This document shows positions 6,153 to 6,377 of a stretch of 6,377 nucleotides of DNA, piece after piece. Position numbers and translations under genes: made by a program. The stretch is from the NCBI RefSeq assembly GCF_000143415.4, contig NW_003314696.1:1-6377 (forward strand). Direction: 5' to 3'. This DNA comes from Selaginella moellendorffii. Its lineage: Eukaryota; Plantae; Lycopodiophyta. The notes below the pieces were generated by a model. It worked only from the letters and a program-made list of their open reading frames with translations, was not told the origin of the DNA and ran no database searches. The stretch's first letter is position 1, and every line of letters begins with the position of its first letter.

Positions 6153-6377
6153 CTGGAAAATTGAGAGAAGCTAAAAAAAAAAAAACCAAGAATTCGATCA
6201 AAGACCATCACTACCACCTTGAATACAAAACAGAATCCTTTGTGAGATTTTTTGGGATACAGTTAGTTCACGCAAACACTAAAGTGTTGGTAATGGATTT
6301 ATGTGGATGATTCAAGTTGCTTGAGGAACTGCCAAAGAAAGATCCATGAATTTGTATCCAGAGGGTGTCCAGAAGAG

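Noticed and set aside
6173-6185. A13 run as a retroposon poly(A) tail
   Set aside because: Better explained as the polypyrimidine tract of the minus-strand intron ending at 6153; no target-site duplication seen.

Overview
Gene-dense eukaryotic (land-plant) nuclear DNA with very short GT-AG introns (44-82 nt), intergenic gaps of only about 200-400 bp and a PPR gene built from tandem 31-aa motifs. This architecture suggests a lycophyte such as Selaginella (inference). The left half (212-3289) holds three apparently intact defence/specialised-metabolism genes: an intronless secreted PR-1/CAP protein (+) with a C-terminal CAPE-type peptide, a convergent 3-exon jacalin-related lectin with a signal peptide (-), and a 4-exon DOXC 2-oxoglutarate/Fe(II) dioxygenase of DMR6/DLO-like appearance (-). 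The right half (3485-6152) is a run of minus-strand pieces: a 5'-truncated PLS-E PPR with an in-frame stop, an (AG)17 microsatellite, a decayed PTC7-type PP2C C-terminus, a WD40-like remnant, and a short CxxCxGxG zinc-finger ORF missed by the ORF track. No prokaryotic features, RNA genes, CRISPR arrays or clear transposon termini were found. All family assignments come from motif recognition by eye, not database searches.
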